Shown: in pieces, positions 27,269 through 36,167 of the stretch
How positions within the stretch are numbered: position 1 is the first letter of the stretch
Layout of the letters: every line of letters starts with the position of its first letter
DNA from: an uncultured delta proteobacterium
Lineage (GTDB): Bacteria > Desulfobacterota > Binatia > Binatales > Binataceae
Length of the DNA: 64,000 nucleotides
NCBI GenBank assembly: GCA_963842085.1
Contig: CAWJET010000002.1
Coordinates: 1,152,001 to 1,216,000 of the forward strand
Direction: 5' to 3'
Made by a program: the position numbers and the translations under genes
The notes under the pieces: model-generated
What the model was told of the DNA's origin: nothing
What the model saw: the letters and a program-made list of their open reading frames with translations, nothing else
Databases searched by the model: none

Positions 27269-27648
27269 TCCGCTGAACCCCCGTGTTAACGGCCTAGGCG
27301 AAGGGCCTGAAAAATGCCCCGGCTCTGGGTTGTTCAAGCCCCTATTATCCAGTAACGGTGAGCAAGCAGAGGATTCACCCTCGACCGGCCTAGGGTTTCT
27401 TTTGGTTGCTCAATGAACGACCGAAATGAACAAGCAGACAACCAGAGAAACCCGCCCTCCGGTTGTTCATCTCGCGGCCGGGCCTACGGATCGGCGTGAC
27501 GCCACGGTTCGGCATCGACACGAACGCCTAACTCGTTTCGCCGATCGCTGATCGCGAGCCCGCGATTCCGCTCGCGCGCGCGATGACGACGTTGCAATGC
27601 CCGCGTGCACAATTCGATCTGCCGAACGTGCCGGCCGGCGCCGGCCGA

Positions 27649-27837
27649 CTAGCGCGAACGGTAGCGTTCGAGCGCGATCAAAGAACCACCAACCAGAAGC
27701 GCCAAGCCACTGGCGACGGTTCCTGGATCGAGCTCCGGAGCAGGCCAAACGCGGGTTGCACCTGCGACTCCTTGGAAGCCAACCGCGAAGACGGCACCAG
27801 CTGCAACGGTCAAAATCCACTTAGGAAGGTTTTTCAT
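27649..27837 (-). CDS. Minimal secreted peptide with VPEID-CTERM-like sorting tail
   Basis: GGAGGAG RBS, signal peptide, APELDP motif, TM helix, basic RYRSR end. Confidence 0.7.
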   Translation of the reverse strand: MKNLPKWILTVAAGAVFAVGFQGVAGATRVWPAPELDPGTVASGLALLVGGSLIALERYRSR

Positions 27838-27859
27838 TGCATCTCCTCCGTAGAAAGAT

Positions 27860-27889
27860 TAGATACAACCAAAAGCATCTGATTGTCAA
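27860..27889 (-). promoter_or_regulatory. Sigma70-like promoter for the CTERM peptide gene
   Basis: Minus strand TTGACA-N18-TATCTA with TG immediately before the -10. Confidence 0.45.
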
Positions 27890-27930
27890 TTCAAAGAGAC
27901 TCAAATCAAATAAAGTCAAATTAAATAAAC

Positions 27931-27954
27931 CATTCGTACGGTCATTCGTACGGT
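27931..27954 (+). repeat. Tandem 12-bp repeat CATTCGTACGGT x2
   Basis: Exact duplication; inverted copy of GTACGGTCC at 28070-28078. Confidence 0.7.
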
Positions 27955-28018
27955 CCTCTACACCGTTCAACCCCAACGGCCCTAGGGGTTTCGTTGCGCA
28001 GGCCCCTGGCAAACCCAA

Positions 28019-28031
28019 CAAATACTTGATT
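28019..28031 (-). promoter_or_regulatory. IHF-consensus site
   Basis: Minus strand AATCAAGTATTTG fits WATCAANNNNTTR. Confidence 0.45.
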
Positions 28032-28199
28032 CGAACGGCTTAAGCCCTTGAAAATAAAGGGAAATATCGGGACCGTACAGGTGTCCAACTGTTTTTCGGG
28101 TGATAAAGGGTGCTTGGTACGAGACGGCGAAGCTACTCACAACAGGGGCCGAAAGCAATTTGCATGGAATTACGCCATATGGTACGGTCTACAGTTTAT

Positions 28200-28430
28200 A
28201 TGGCTGGAACACGATCAATAGATATACAAAAGGGCATCAAGGCCGCCGATAATAGCCGCCGATCCGCATGGGAGCAGTTTCGTAGCGACGAGAAGCTCCA
28301 GCATGCCTACAACGTCAAACCCGAAGAACTGGAATCTCTCTCAAGGCTGGCGATGCTAGGGAACGTCGCAAGCAAGCACGATTATCTTTTCATCCTTAAA
28401 ACGATGCGGGCCAGGCGTCACCGCTACTGA
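28200..28430 (+). CDS. Small hypothetical protein
   Basis: Protein-like helical ORF; start uncertain (28110-28200). Confidence 0.5.
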   Translation: MAGTRSIDIQKGIKAADNSRRSAWEQFRSDEKLQHAYNVKPEELESLSRLAMLGNVASKHDYLFILKTMRARRHRY

Positions 28431-28504
28431 TCGGAGTGATGCCACTTGAGGCGCGTAGAGCGCCGGCGCCAGCATCGCGCTCGCCGCTTGTCCTTCCTGC
28501 TACT

Positions 28505-28592
28505 TCGAGGTCGCGCGTAATGCCGAGGTCGGATAACTTCATTGTCGTCGAGGTCGCGCGTAATGCCGAGGTCGGATAACTTCATTGTCGTC
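28505..28592 (+). repeat. Exact 43-bp tandem duplication
   Basis: 28505-28547 is identical to 28548-28590. Confidence 0.9.
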
Positions 28593-28622
28593 AGTGACGA
28601 CGATGATTTTCGATCCCGCCTT

Positions 28623-29174
28623 TTATTTCTGAGCTTTCGGTTTGCCGGATGTAATGTCGATGAAACCCGTTCGCCCTTCTTGGCCAACCTGGCGCTCTAT
28701 ATCATTCGCGGCTCTGCGCGAGATCTCGTCGAGCAGGTCCGGCCGCTTCTCAGCCAGCTCTTTAACGTGCTCGGCTGCCCATTTATTAAATTGGCCCTCG
28801 CGAGCTCCTGATCCGGCTTGCAGGATGTTCTGAACCTTTTGTTGCACCTGACGTTTGGCCGCCGTGTTTTCGGTCGTCGCTTCTCCCAGTACGGCAAAAG
28901 TAATCGACGCACGTACAGATTCATCGATCGGGATGGTTAAGTAGGCTTCCGGTTGCCTCACTGAACAGCGAGGATAGCGGACAAGGCTCGTCCCGTTCGA
29001 ACCAAATATCTCAATCTCGAACTCTTTGCCGTTTAGCACCGCACATAAGGTCTCTTGATTGCCGAGCAGTTCACGCCCACGATTCGTGAAAACTAAGGCA
29101 GTTACAGTCATCGTGTCCAGGCCCTCGCGCAGCGTTACTATCTCTCCGGCAGCTCTTCCGATTCCGGTCGCCAT
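28623..29174 (-). CDS. Hypothetical cargo protein
   Basis: Lower-GC ORF open to 29306; the ATG at 29174 is a plausible start. Confidence 0.5.
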   Translation of the reverse strand: MATGIGRAAGEIVTLREGLDTMTVTALVFTNRGRELLGNQETLCAVLNGKEFEIEIFGSNGTSLVRYPRCSVRQPEAYLTIPIDESVRASITFAVLGEATTENTAAKRQVQQKVQNILQAGSGAREGQFNKWAAEHVKELAEKRPDLLDEISRRAANDIERQVGQEGRTGFIDITSGKPKAQK

Positions 29175-29314
29175 AGCTTGTTCGGTTTGGCCAGGAACCA
29201 AACTTGCCTGATCGGTTTCCCCGAAGGCCACAACATCACAATTCCACCAGAGTTTGACGCCTAGATTGCTCATACAGTGGATGATAGCAGGTGGAAGTCG
29301 GCGCACGAAACTTT

Positions 29315-29341
29315 TGGTGACTGTGGTGACTGTGGTGACTG
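29315..29341 (+). repeat. Triple 9-bp repeat TGGTGACTG, candidate right integrase arm sites
   Basis: Three perfect tandem copies, 150 bp from the tRNA 3' end. Confidence 0.8.
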
Positions 29342-29490
29342 TATTTTACCCCGTTAGAATTTCTATTGCCCCAGCTTTTCACCCAACCGCACAAAACCTG
29401 TACAATCCGCCTTGATCTCCCGGCTTCCAAACACCGCGCTCTGTTCTCGATGGCCGCTATAACTATCTAATTTTATTGTCTAATTTCAAA

Positions 29491-29575
29491 TGCCGGGGGC
29501 GGGACTCGAACCCGCACGGAGCTTTCGCTCCAGAGGATTTTAAGTCCTCTGCGTATGCCATTTCGCCACCCCGGC
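29491..29575 (-). tRNA. tRNA-Leu (anticodon TAA), CCA not encoded
   Basis: GCCGGGG/CCCCGGC acceptor stem, GAGGA-CTTAAAA-TCCTC anticodon arm, long variable arm GGAGC-GAAA-GCTCC, GTTCGAG T-loop. Confidence 0.97.
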
Positions 29576-29777
29576 CAGTAAGCAAACTAGATCGTTAAAT
29601 CATAAACACATCCGCGGGCGAAGACAGCGCGTTAGGCTGCCCGAGCACGCCTCTGACGCGATTCAGAGCGGCGTGCAATTGCTCATTCTGTCTGGCACGC
29701 GATGGATATATGCTCGGTGTCGCTGCGCGTCACGGATGATGACGGGTCGCCGATTGCGCCGGCGGAAGGGCGGACTG

Positions 29778-30305
29778 TTGCCAGGGAAACTGTTCATCGT
29801 CGCGGTCCTATTGGCGCTGATCATGCCGGGTTGCGCCGTATACCGTCGCTACGAAGCCTCAAAGCCTGAGACCGTTCGGAGAACCGAGGCGATGCTCTCC
29901 GACGCCGGTTTCACCACTATCAAGCTCGACACTTCCGATAAAGTCGGACTCGTGGAAGACCTCCCGCCGCACGAAATTCGCAGCTATGCGGTCCAATCCG
30001 GCAAGGTCTATTGGTATTACGACCCTGATATTTGCGCATGCGTGTATGAAGGACACCAGAGCGAATTCGACCGCTATCAGATGGCGCTTCAGCATCAAGA
30101 TGATCCCGAGCAATATGCCGCCGAATCCAACGACGAGCAGGTTTCCTCATTGAACGCCTTGAACGGTACTTTTTTCCCTCCACCGATTTTTTGGATTGGC
30201 GGATTCAACCCAGGGCCACGCGGATATTACGGCGGCCACGGCGGCTCTCACGGAGGGGGACACGGTTTCGGCGGCGGCCACGGTGGCGGAGGTCACGGAC
30301 GCTAG
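29778..30305 (+). CDS. Lipoprotein with Gly/His-rich tail
   Basis: Hydrophobic signal with MPGC lipobox, CAC motif; start uncertain. Confidence 0.65.
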   Translation: MPGKLFIVAVLLALIMPGCAVYRRYEASKPETVRRTEAMLSDAGFTTIKLDTSDKVGLVEDLPPHEIRSYAVQSGKVYWYYDPDICACVYEGHQSEFDRYQMALQHQDDPEQYAAESNDEQVSSLNALNGTFFPPPIFWIGGFNPGPRGYYGGHGGSHGGGHGFGGGHGGGGHGR

Positions 30306-30385
30306 CTGGCCGCATCGATGTGCTGGTGTAGGGCGGGTCGGAGGTTTCAGCCCTAAAATTGATCGACCGAGACGCGGCTTGAATG

Positions 30386-31909
30386 TCAGGCCAGCGCGAG
30401 GCGCTTGAACTGTTCGGCCGGCGCTTCCATCTCGACCAGGGCGGCGCGGAGTTTTTCTGCCGCTCGTTTTTCTTCAGCGGTGCCCGCCAGGTTCGCTTCT
30501 TCCGCGGGATCGTCGCGCACGCGATATAGATGATTGCCACTGAACTTGCCCATCGCCCAGAACGGAAGCAAGTCGCCGGCCCGGAACGGTTGGCGGATGA
30601 CCGGAATCCTTGCACCCGGCATCCGGTCGAGCACCGCGCGTTCGTCCGGCGGCGGCATCAACAGCTGAGGCATCTGCGGTATCGGCATCGTGGTCCATCG
30701 ATTCGACCACAGGCTCAGCGGCGCGTTGCCGCCCGCCGGCGCGCGCGCGTACTTCGCTTGCGTGTCGATCAGATGAACCTCGCGTCCCCACACGCCCGCG
30801 AGCGCCCAGTCGCGAATCGAGCGCGCCTCTCCCGTCACGAGCGGAAGCATCGAGCGCCCGTGCGTACGATGCTTCATCTCGACGCCGAAAACTTCCGCCA
30901 ACGTCGCGCAGATATCAACGTTGGTCGTCAGCGCGTCCACCGCGCCGGCGCCCACTCCGGGCCACGCAACCAACAACGGCGTATGCCCGAGCGGTTCGTA
31001 GATGGGCACCGCGGGCTTGCCCCAGATGTCCTTTTCGCCGAGGTAATGCCCGTGATCGGTGCAAACGATCACTGCAGTATCGTGGTAGAATCCGCCGCGC
31101 TCGATAGCCGCCAGCAACTTGCCCAGCCAGGCGTCGATCATCGTCAGCTTCGCACCGTAAGATGCGCGAATCTGCCGCGCTTGTTCGGCGGTGAGCACGC
31201 CGCGGGCCAGAGCGCCGCGAATATATGGCGGCCAGATCATGTGCGGGCCCTGCCACGACGAATCGTACATCGACGCGTACGGTTCCGGCGTATCGAACGG
31301 CTCGTGCGGATCGAACTCGTCGACGAAGAGCATGAAGCGCTCGTGGCTGCGCGCCGAGCGCTCGAGCCAGTCAGTGGCCGCCGCCATCGTGCGCGGCCCG
31401 GGAAAATCCGCCTCGCCGCGAAAGTAGCCGCGCGAGTTGTCGTACGGAGTATGCCCGCGCGCAAACGATGGCGCGCCCATCCAGCTCGGGTCGGGGCGTG
31501 TCTGCCAAGGGTCGCTCTCATGCCCGCGCTGGTAGTCCCACGCGGTAAAGTCGGTGTGATAGTTTTCGCCACCGACCTCGAACAGGTGCGGATGGTCCGA
31601 CACCAGCTTGGTAACGACGCCGGCCGCGCGAAGATAGGCGGTTAGCGGCCGCTCCCAGATTTCGATCGAGCCCCATGGCTTCCACAAAAAATCGATCGCG
31701 CCGCACAAGATGTCGTGACGCGCCGGAATGCACGGCAGCGAGCCCGAGTAATGACGGTCGAAGCGAACCGCGCGCCGCGCGAAGCGGTCGAGATTGGGGG
31801 TGGCGAACTCGCGCCCGCCGTAGGCACCGAGCATGTGCCGATTGAGGCTGTCGAGCAGTATTACGATGGCGTTTTTCGCAGCCCGTGCCGTGGATTCGTC
31901 CGCGCTCAT
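30386..31909 (-). CDS. Cys-type sulfatase
   Basis: ILLDSL, CIPAR (CxPxR), DPHEP, TDHG. Confidence 0.92.
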   Translation of the reverse strand: MSADESTARAAKNAIVILLDSLNRHMLGAYGGREFATPNLDRFARRAVRFDRHYSGSLPCIPARHDILCGAIDFLWKPWGSIEIWERPLTAYLRAAGVVTKLVSDHPHLFEVGGENYHTDFTAWDYQRGHESDPWQTRPDPSWMGAPSFARGHTPYDNSRGYFRGEADFPGPRTMAAATDWLERSARSHERFMLFVDEFDPHEPFDTPEPYASMYDSSWQGPHMIWPPYIRGALARGVLTAEQARQIRASYGAKLTMIDAWLGKLLAAIERGGFYHDTAVIVCTDHGHYLGEKDIWGKPAVPIYEPLGHTPLLVAWPGVGAGAVDALTTNVDICATLAEVFGVEMKHRTHGRSMLPLVTGEARSIRDWALAGVWGREVHLIDTQAKYARAPAGGNAPLSLWSNRWTTMPIPQMPQLLMPPPDERAVLDRMPGARIPVIRQPFRAGDLLPFWAMGKFSGNHLYRVRDDPAEEANLAGTAEEKRAAEKLRAALVEMEAPAEQFKRLALA

Positions 31910-32080
31910 CAATTTAATCCTAGCAGAGCCGAAAGGCGGCCGGCTAAGCATCGAAATACTGCGGTTCAATTGTCTTGGTCTGGTGAAACCACCGCCGCTA
32001 CGCCACGTCTATAGATGCGAGTCGGGCGGTATGGACTTGCGTCGCGACATGGACTGAAATGACAGGGTGAAGCGGGATTC

Positions 32081-32806
32081 GTGAAGCTGATGAAGAATCA
32101 AACCGCGATAAATCGAAGCCTCGCTCTCGGACTCAGCGCCGGAGCAATTGCTGTGGCAATCGCAATTTCGGGATGCGCCGTCGCACCGGCGCCCATCGCG
32201 CACACGCCAAACGTCGTGGCGACTCCGCAACAAGGCCAGTTGGCGGTGAGCGTTGCGGCCGCACCTACCGTCGGGGAAGTAACCCCTGTTTACGTGTCGA
32301 TTGCCAATGGCACCGACGCGCCGCGCTCGGTCGTGCCAAGCCAGGTGTTCGCGGTGAACGACGCCGGCGAACGTGTCGCGCCTCTCCCGCCGGGTGAGGC
32401 GGCTCGGCAGGCCGGCAGCGCCAAGGAGCTAGAGGGAGCGGTGCAAAGCGCCGCCGTCAGCGGTGTCGGGGGCGCCACCGTGGGGGCAGCCGCGGGAGCA
32501 GTGGCGGGAGCTGCCGGCTCAGCTGGCGGCTGGGGCTTCGGATCTCCGGGCGCTGGCGCGCTGATCGGTAGCGCGTTCGGCGGTGGATGGGGCATATTCC
32601 GCGGCGCCGAAAAAGGCCAAACGAAAGCCGACCAGCAGGCGAATCAGCAAATCGAAGCAGTCTCGCTCAAGCCCGAGGAAGTGCGCAAGGACTTCACGGT
32701 GAGCGGATACGTCTTCTTCCCCAAGGGACAATACAACCAGGTCGAGATGCTGCTGGTTGATCGCGAAACCGGCGATACCGAGGTCGTCCGCGAACCCTGG
32801 CACTGA
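32081..32806 (+). CDS. Lipoprotein with glycine-zipper region
   Basis: ISGC lipobox, GAAAGAVAG motif, GYVFFP. Confidence 0.7.
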   Translation: MKLMKNQTAINRSLALGLSAGAIAVAIAISGCAVAPAPIAHTPNVVATPQQGQLAVSVAAAPTVGEVTPVYVSIANGTDAPRSVVPSQVFAVNDAGERVAPLPPGEAARQAGSAKELEGAVQSAAVSGVGGATVGAAAGAVAGAAGSAGGWGFGSPGAGALIGSAFGGGWGIFRGAEKGQTKADQQANQQIEAVSLKPEEVRKDFTVSGYVFFPKGQYNQVEMLLVDRETGDTEVVREPWH

Positions 32807-32817
32807 CAACTCGCGTC

Positions 32818-33867
32818 TTACAGCAGCGATGAGATGATCACGATTGCGCCCTGCCCTTTCCCTTTCTCGGCCGGATCGCAAATTACCGCCTTGCTGCCAA
32901 TGAACTTCATATCGGTCGGATCCATCAGACCGTCAGCAAACGGACGAGCGATCCCCTTCTCCACTCGATAAACATTACCGTCGCGTGCGTTGTCGTTCTC
33001 GGAAGCGAATTTGCCCGTATCCGCGATCATCAACTCGTCACCATATGAGCCGAAGCTCGACGGCGACCACGCGAAGCCCGACGGCCGAGTAAATCCAACC
33101 AGGTAAACTTCATCCTTCATCTTGCCGTCCGCACCGACCATGCTGATGCGTCCGACCTTCGCCGCAAAACCCCCCTTCGCGCGCATCCCGACCAGCATCA
33201 TGCCGGCCGCCTTCGAATCGGACGCCGGCGGAAAAGTAATCGTGGTCAGCTCGAACTGGACCGGTTTGTTGTAGGTACCGAACACGCTCGCCTTGCCCGA
33301 CGAGTCGATCGAGTAGATCGTGGCGTTGCCGCTGGTCGCCGCGTAGAGCTTGCCCGCGAACGGCGTCCCGGCGGCGCCAAATTCCATGTCACGGCATTCG
33401 GTCGGCGCGGCACCCGCGTCGGGCAGTTTGGCGAACGTGCTGACGGCGCCAGACTTGTCTATTCGCTCGACCTCGCACGGCCCCTTGAGATCGCCGACCG
33501 CTGCGAGCACGAAAACATTGCCCTCGTAGGACCCGAATCCCGCCGGACCGATCGCGACTCCGGCCGGGTGCTTGATCTTCGCCTTGTCCGCGAGCGCCGT
33601 AACCTTGCCGCCGAACGTGACCGAGAAAACTCCGCCCGCCTGGTCGGACACCACGATGGCGCCGTGATTGTCCTGTAGAAAGTACGGTGCGACCAAACCG
33701 GGCGCCTTGAGCGCCTTGATCTCGAACGGCACTTCCACGTCGAGCCCCGCCCCCGACGCGCGCGCGATCGAGTTGGTCAGGCTCGGCAACGCCGCAATCG
33801 CCAGGGCGGCGACGCTCAATGCTGTGGCGAAGACCGAAAAGCTACTTTTTCTTTTCGAGAAGTTCAT
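32818..33867 (-). CDS. Secreted beta-propeller-like protein
   Basis: Signal peptide; repeated P.G/D...  blade-like motifs. Confidence 0.65.
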   Translation of the reverse strand: MNFSKRKSSFSVFATALSVAALAIAALPSLTNSIARASGAGLDVEVPFEIKALKAPGLVAPYFLQDNHGAIVVSDQAGGVFSVTFGGKVTALADKAKIKHPAGVAIGPAGFGSYEGNVFVLAAVGDLKGPCEVERIDKSGAVSTFAKLPDAGAAPTECRDMEFGAAGTPFAGKLYAATSGNATIYSIDSSGKASVFGTYNKPVQFELTTITFPPASDSKAAGMMLVGMRAKGGFAAKVGRISMVGADGKMKDEVYLVGFTRPSGFAWSPSSFGSYGDELMIADTGKFASENDNARDGNVYRVEKGIARPFADGLMDPTDMKFIGSKAVICDPAEKGKGQGAIVIISSLL

Positions 33868-34102
33868 CCAGTGCCTCGTTGACAACGTATTTTTCGTTCG
33901 GATCCCGGTCGTCCAGCTCGGACTTGCGGCGCGATACCCATTCCGCCAGTCCAATCGTCGCGGCCTCCTCGGGATTCGAGACCCCCATCGCCGCCGCCAC
34001 CCGCATGAGCTGCCCAAACAACTCGTCGGGCACATCGATCTGGATTTTCCTGCTCAAGCTGCCTCGGTCGATACACTTTCCGGCGATCGTTCGCTCTTCC
34101 AT
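33842..34102 (-). CDS. Small hypothetical protein (ribbon-helix-helix-like)
   Basis: KIQIDVPDELF..L; overlaps the downstream start. Confidence 0.55.
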   Translation of the reverse strand: MEERTIAGKCIDRGSLSRKIQIDVPDELFGQLMRVAAAMGVSNPEEAATIGLAEWVSRRKSELDDRDPNEKYVVNEALDELLEKKK

Positions 34103-34130
34103 ATAGTCTTAGGTCGCGGCGGTCGTCAAA

Positions 34131-36122
34131 ATGAATTCCGACGTGTCATCGCCGATTAAATACGCCGGCACTGTTGTTGAGTACCTCGATCAGGGCCGGC
34201 TCAAGGCGGCTTTCGTGACCCGCGAACAGGAACGCCATCTCGCGGTGATCGATTCCGCCGGACGCGAGCGGCTGGTGCCGCGCGACCTGGTCCTGATGCG
34301 TCATCCCGATCGACGCGCCGATCGCGAAAATGTCGCCGACGCACTCGCCGGCCTGGAACGGGAGCGCGCCGAACTGGCCGCCGAACTCGATCTCCAGTTG
34401 CTGTGGGAGGTCGCGCAGGAGCAGGGCCGCAGTTTTTCCGCCGCGGAACTCTCCGAGTTGTTCTTCGGCCGGCGCTCCGACGCCGCCGCCTCCGTGATGC
34501 TCGAGGCGCTGCTGAACGATCGCACCTACTTTGTCCGCCGCCACATGGATTTCGTGCCGCGCACGCCCGACCAGGTCGAACGGCTGCGGCTCCAGAACGA
34601 TCGGATTCGGGCGCGCAGCGACGACTATCGTAAAATCCAGAAGAACCTGCGCGACGCCCTCAACGGCGCCGAGATGCCGTCCGCCGAAGAAGCGGCCGCG
34701 CTCATCGAAGAGCTGTCGCGCTATCTCAAGAACCCGTTCACGCGTAGCCGCGACATGACACAGATGCTCGCGCACGCGGCGCCCGACGTCGATCCCGCCG
34801 AAGCGGCTTTCGAGATTCTGGAGCGCCTCGGCGCGCGTCCGCGCGTTCCACGTTTCGCATTCATCGCCGGGCTCAAGGACGAATTCAGCGACGCCGCGAT
34901 GAAGGAGGCAGCCGAGGCGGTGCCCGGCCCGCGCGCAATCTCCGACGGCGGATACACCGTCACCGTCGATGACGACGACACCGTCGAGATCGACGACGCT
35001 CTCAGTTGCGAACCGCTCGCCGACGGCGGAATGCGGGTGCGCGTGCACATCGCCCTGGTTGCCGACTTCATCGTCAAGGGCGGCGCGATGGATCAGGAGG
35101 CGGCCGCGCGCGCGACCACCGTTTACCTTCCCGAAACAACCATCAGGATGCTGCCCGATCCGATTTCATGCCGCGCCGCCAGTTTGATCGCCGGCGAAGA
35201 TCGCCCCGTGATGACCACCGACGTGCGGTTGTCGGCCGACGGCGAGTTGGTCGAAGGTTCGATTTATCCCGCGCGAATTCCAATCATGCGCCGACTCGAC
35301 TACGACCAGGTCGATCGCATCCTCGAGTCGGGAACCCGCGCCGACGAGACCGCCGCGACCGTCTCTCGCCTGCACGCCGCCGCGCTCCAGCTTCGCCAGC
35401 GGCGCCGAATCGCCGGCGCGGTGCTGGTGCAGCGGCGCGAGGCGAAGGTGCGCGTGCGCGGCGACGAGGTTGAAATCACAGTGCTCGACAGCGCGTCGCC
35501 GGGTCGCACGCTGGTGGCGGAGTTCATGGTGCTGAGCAATTTCGTCGCTGCTCGCTACGCCGCCGCGAACCGGATTCCGATCATTTACCGCGTGCAGCCG
35601 CAAATTGGCGGCGGCGACCCGGCGTCGATGCGCCCGCGCCTGTCGCTGCACCCGGAATATCACGCCGGAATCGGACTCGACTTCTATGCGCAGTTGAGCT
35701 CGCCGATTCGCCGCTACGCCGATTTGGTCCTGCAGCGACAACTGCTGGGGGCGCTTAAGAATCGCGACCATGAGGCGCCGACTTACAGCGTCGATGAATT
35801 GCTTACCGTGCTCGCCGGAGCCGAGAATGCAGAAGCGTCCGGGCGTGAACTCGAACGGCGCGCCAAGCGTTACTGGATTCTCCGTTATCTCGAGCGTCAC
35901 GCGCTTGACGGGCCAATCCTCGCCTACGTCACCCGCGAAGGCCAAAGCGCGGAGCTCGCCGACTCCGTCGTGCGCGGAACCTTGCACGGCGCGCCCACCT
36001 TACCCAATCAGATGCCGATAATGGTGCAGGTGAGCCGCGTCGATCCGCTGCGCGGATGGCTCGCGTTCGACTTCGTCGGTCCCGCCGACGAAGCCTCTAC
36101 AGGCTCAATCAGAACGATCTGA
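34131..36122 (+). CDS. RNB-domain ribonuclease II/R family protein
   Basis: TVDDDDTVEIDDALS, LVAEFMV, SSPIRRYADL. Confidence 0.92.
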   Translation: MNSDVSSPIKYAGTVVEYLDQGRLKAAFVTREQERHLAVIDSAGRERLVPRDLVLMRHPDRRADRENVADALAGLERERAELAAELDLQLLWEVAQEQGRSFSAAELSELFFGRRSDAAASVMLEALLNDRTYFVRRHMDFVPRTPDQVERLRLQNDRIRARSDDYRKIQKNLRDALNGAEMPSAEEAAALIEELSRYLKNPFTRSRDMTQMLAHAAPDVDPAEAAFEILERLGARPRVPRFAFIAGLKDEFSDAAMKEAAEAVPGPRAISDGGYTVTVDDDDTVEIDDALSCEPLADGGMRVRVHIALVADFIVKGGAMDQEAAARATTVYLPETTIRMLPDPISCRAASLIAGEDRPVMTTDVRLSADGELVEGSIYPARIPIMRRLDYDQVDRILESGTRADETAATVSRLHAAALQLRQRRRIAGAVLVQRREAKVRVRGDEVEITVLDSASPGRTLVAEFMVLSNFVAARYAAANRIPIIYRVQPQIGGGDPASMRPRLSLHPEYHAGIGLDFYAQLSSPIRRYADLVLQRQLLGALKNRDHEAPTYSVDELLTVLAGAENAEASGRELERRAKRYWILRYLERHALDGPILAYVTREGQSAELADSVVRGTLHGAPTLPNQMPIMVQVSRVDPLRGWLAFDFVGPADEASTGSIRTI

Positions 36123-36167
36123 TCAGCCTGGCCCTTCACTCTAAGCACCTCGCAGCGACTAGTCCCG

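Larger units (their letters stand above)
15583..29519. mobile_element. tRNA-Leu-associated integrative, phage-satellite-like element with terminase genes (partly degraded)
   Basis: Tyrosine integrase at the left end, tRNA-Leu at the right end, TGGTGACTG x3 at both ends, alpA/xis/helicase/terL content and AT-richer cargo. Exact boundaries are inferred. Confidence 0.85.

Noticed and set aside
28505-28592. 43-bp repeat as a CRISPR array
   Set aside because: The two copies are directly adjacent with no spacer, and no cas genes are present.
29236-29430. His-rich peptide (SHHSHHSH) as a real gene
   Set aside because: It is simply the translation of the TGGTGACTG DNA repeats, with no RBS or coding signal.
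15583-29519. Complete prophage or conjugative ICE
   Set aside because: There are no recognisable capsid, portal, tail, lysis, relaxase or T4SS genes.
29693-29708. TGGCACG as a sigma54 promoter
   Set aside because: There is no GC at the -12 position. The same applies to the GGCACG at ~11615 and ~21776.
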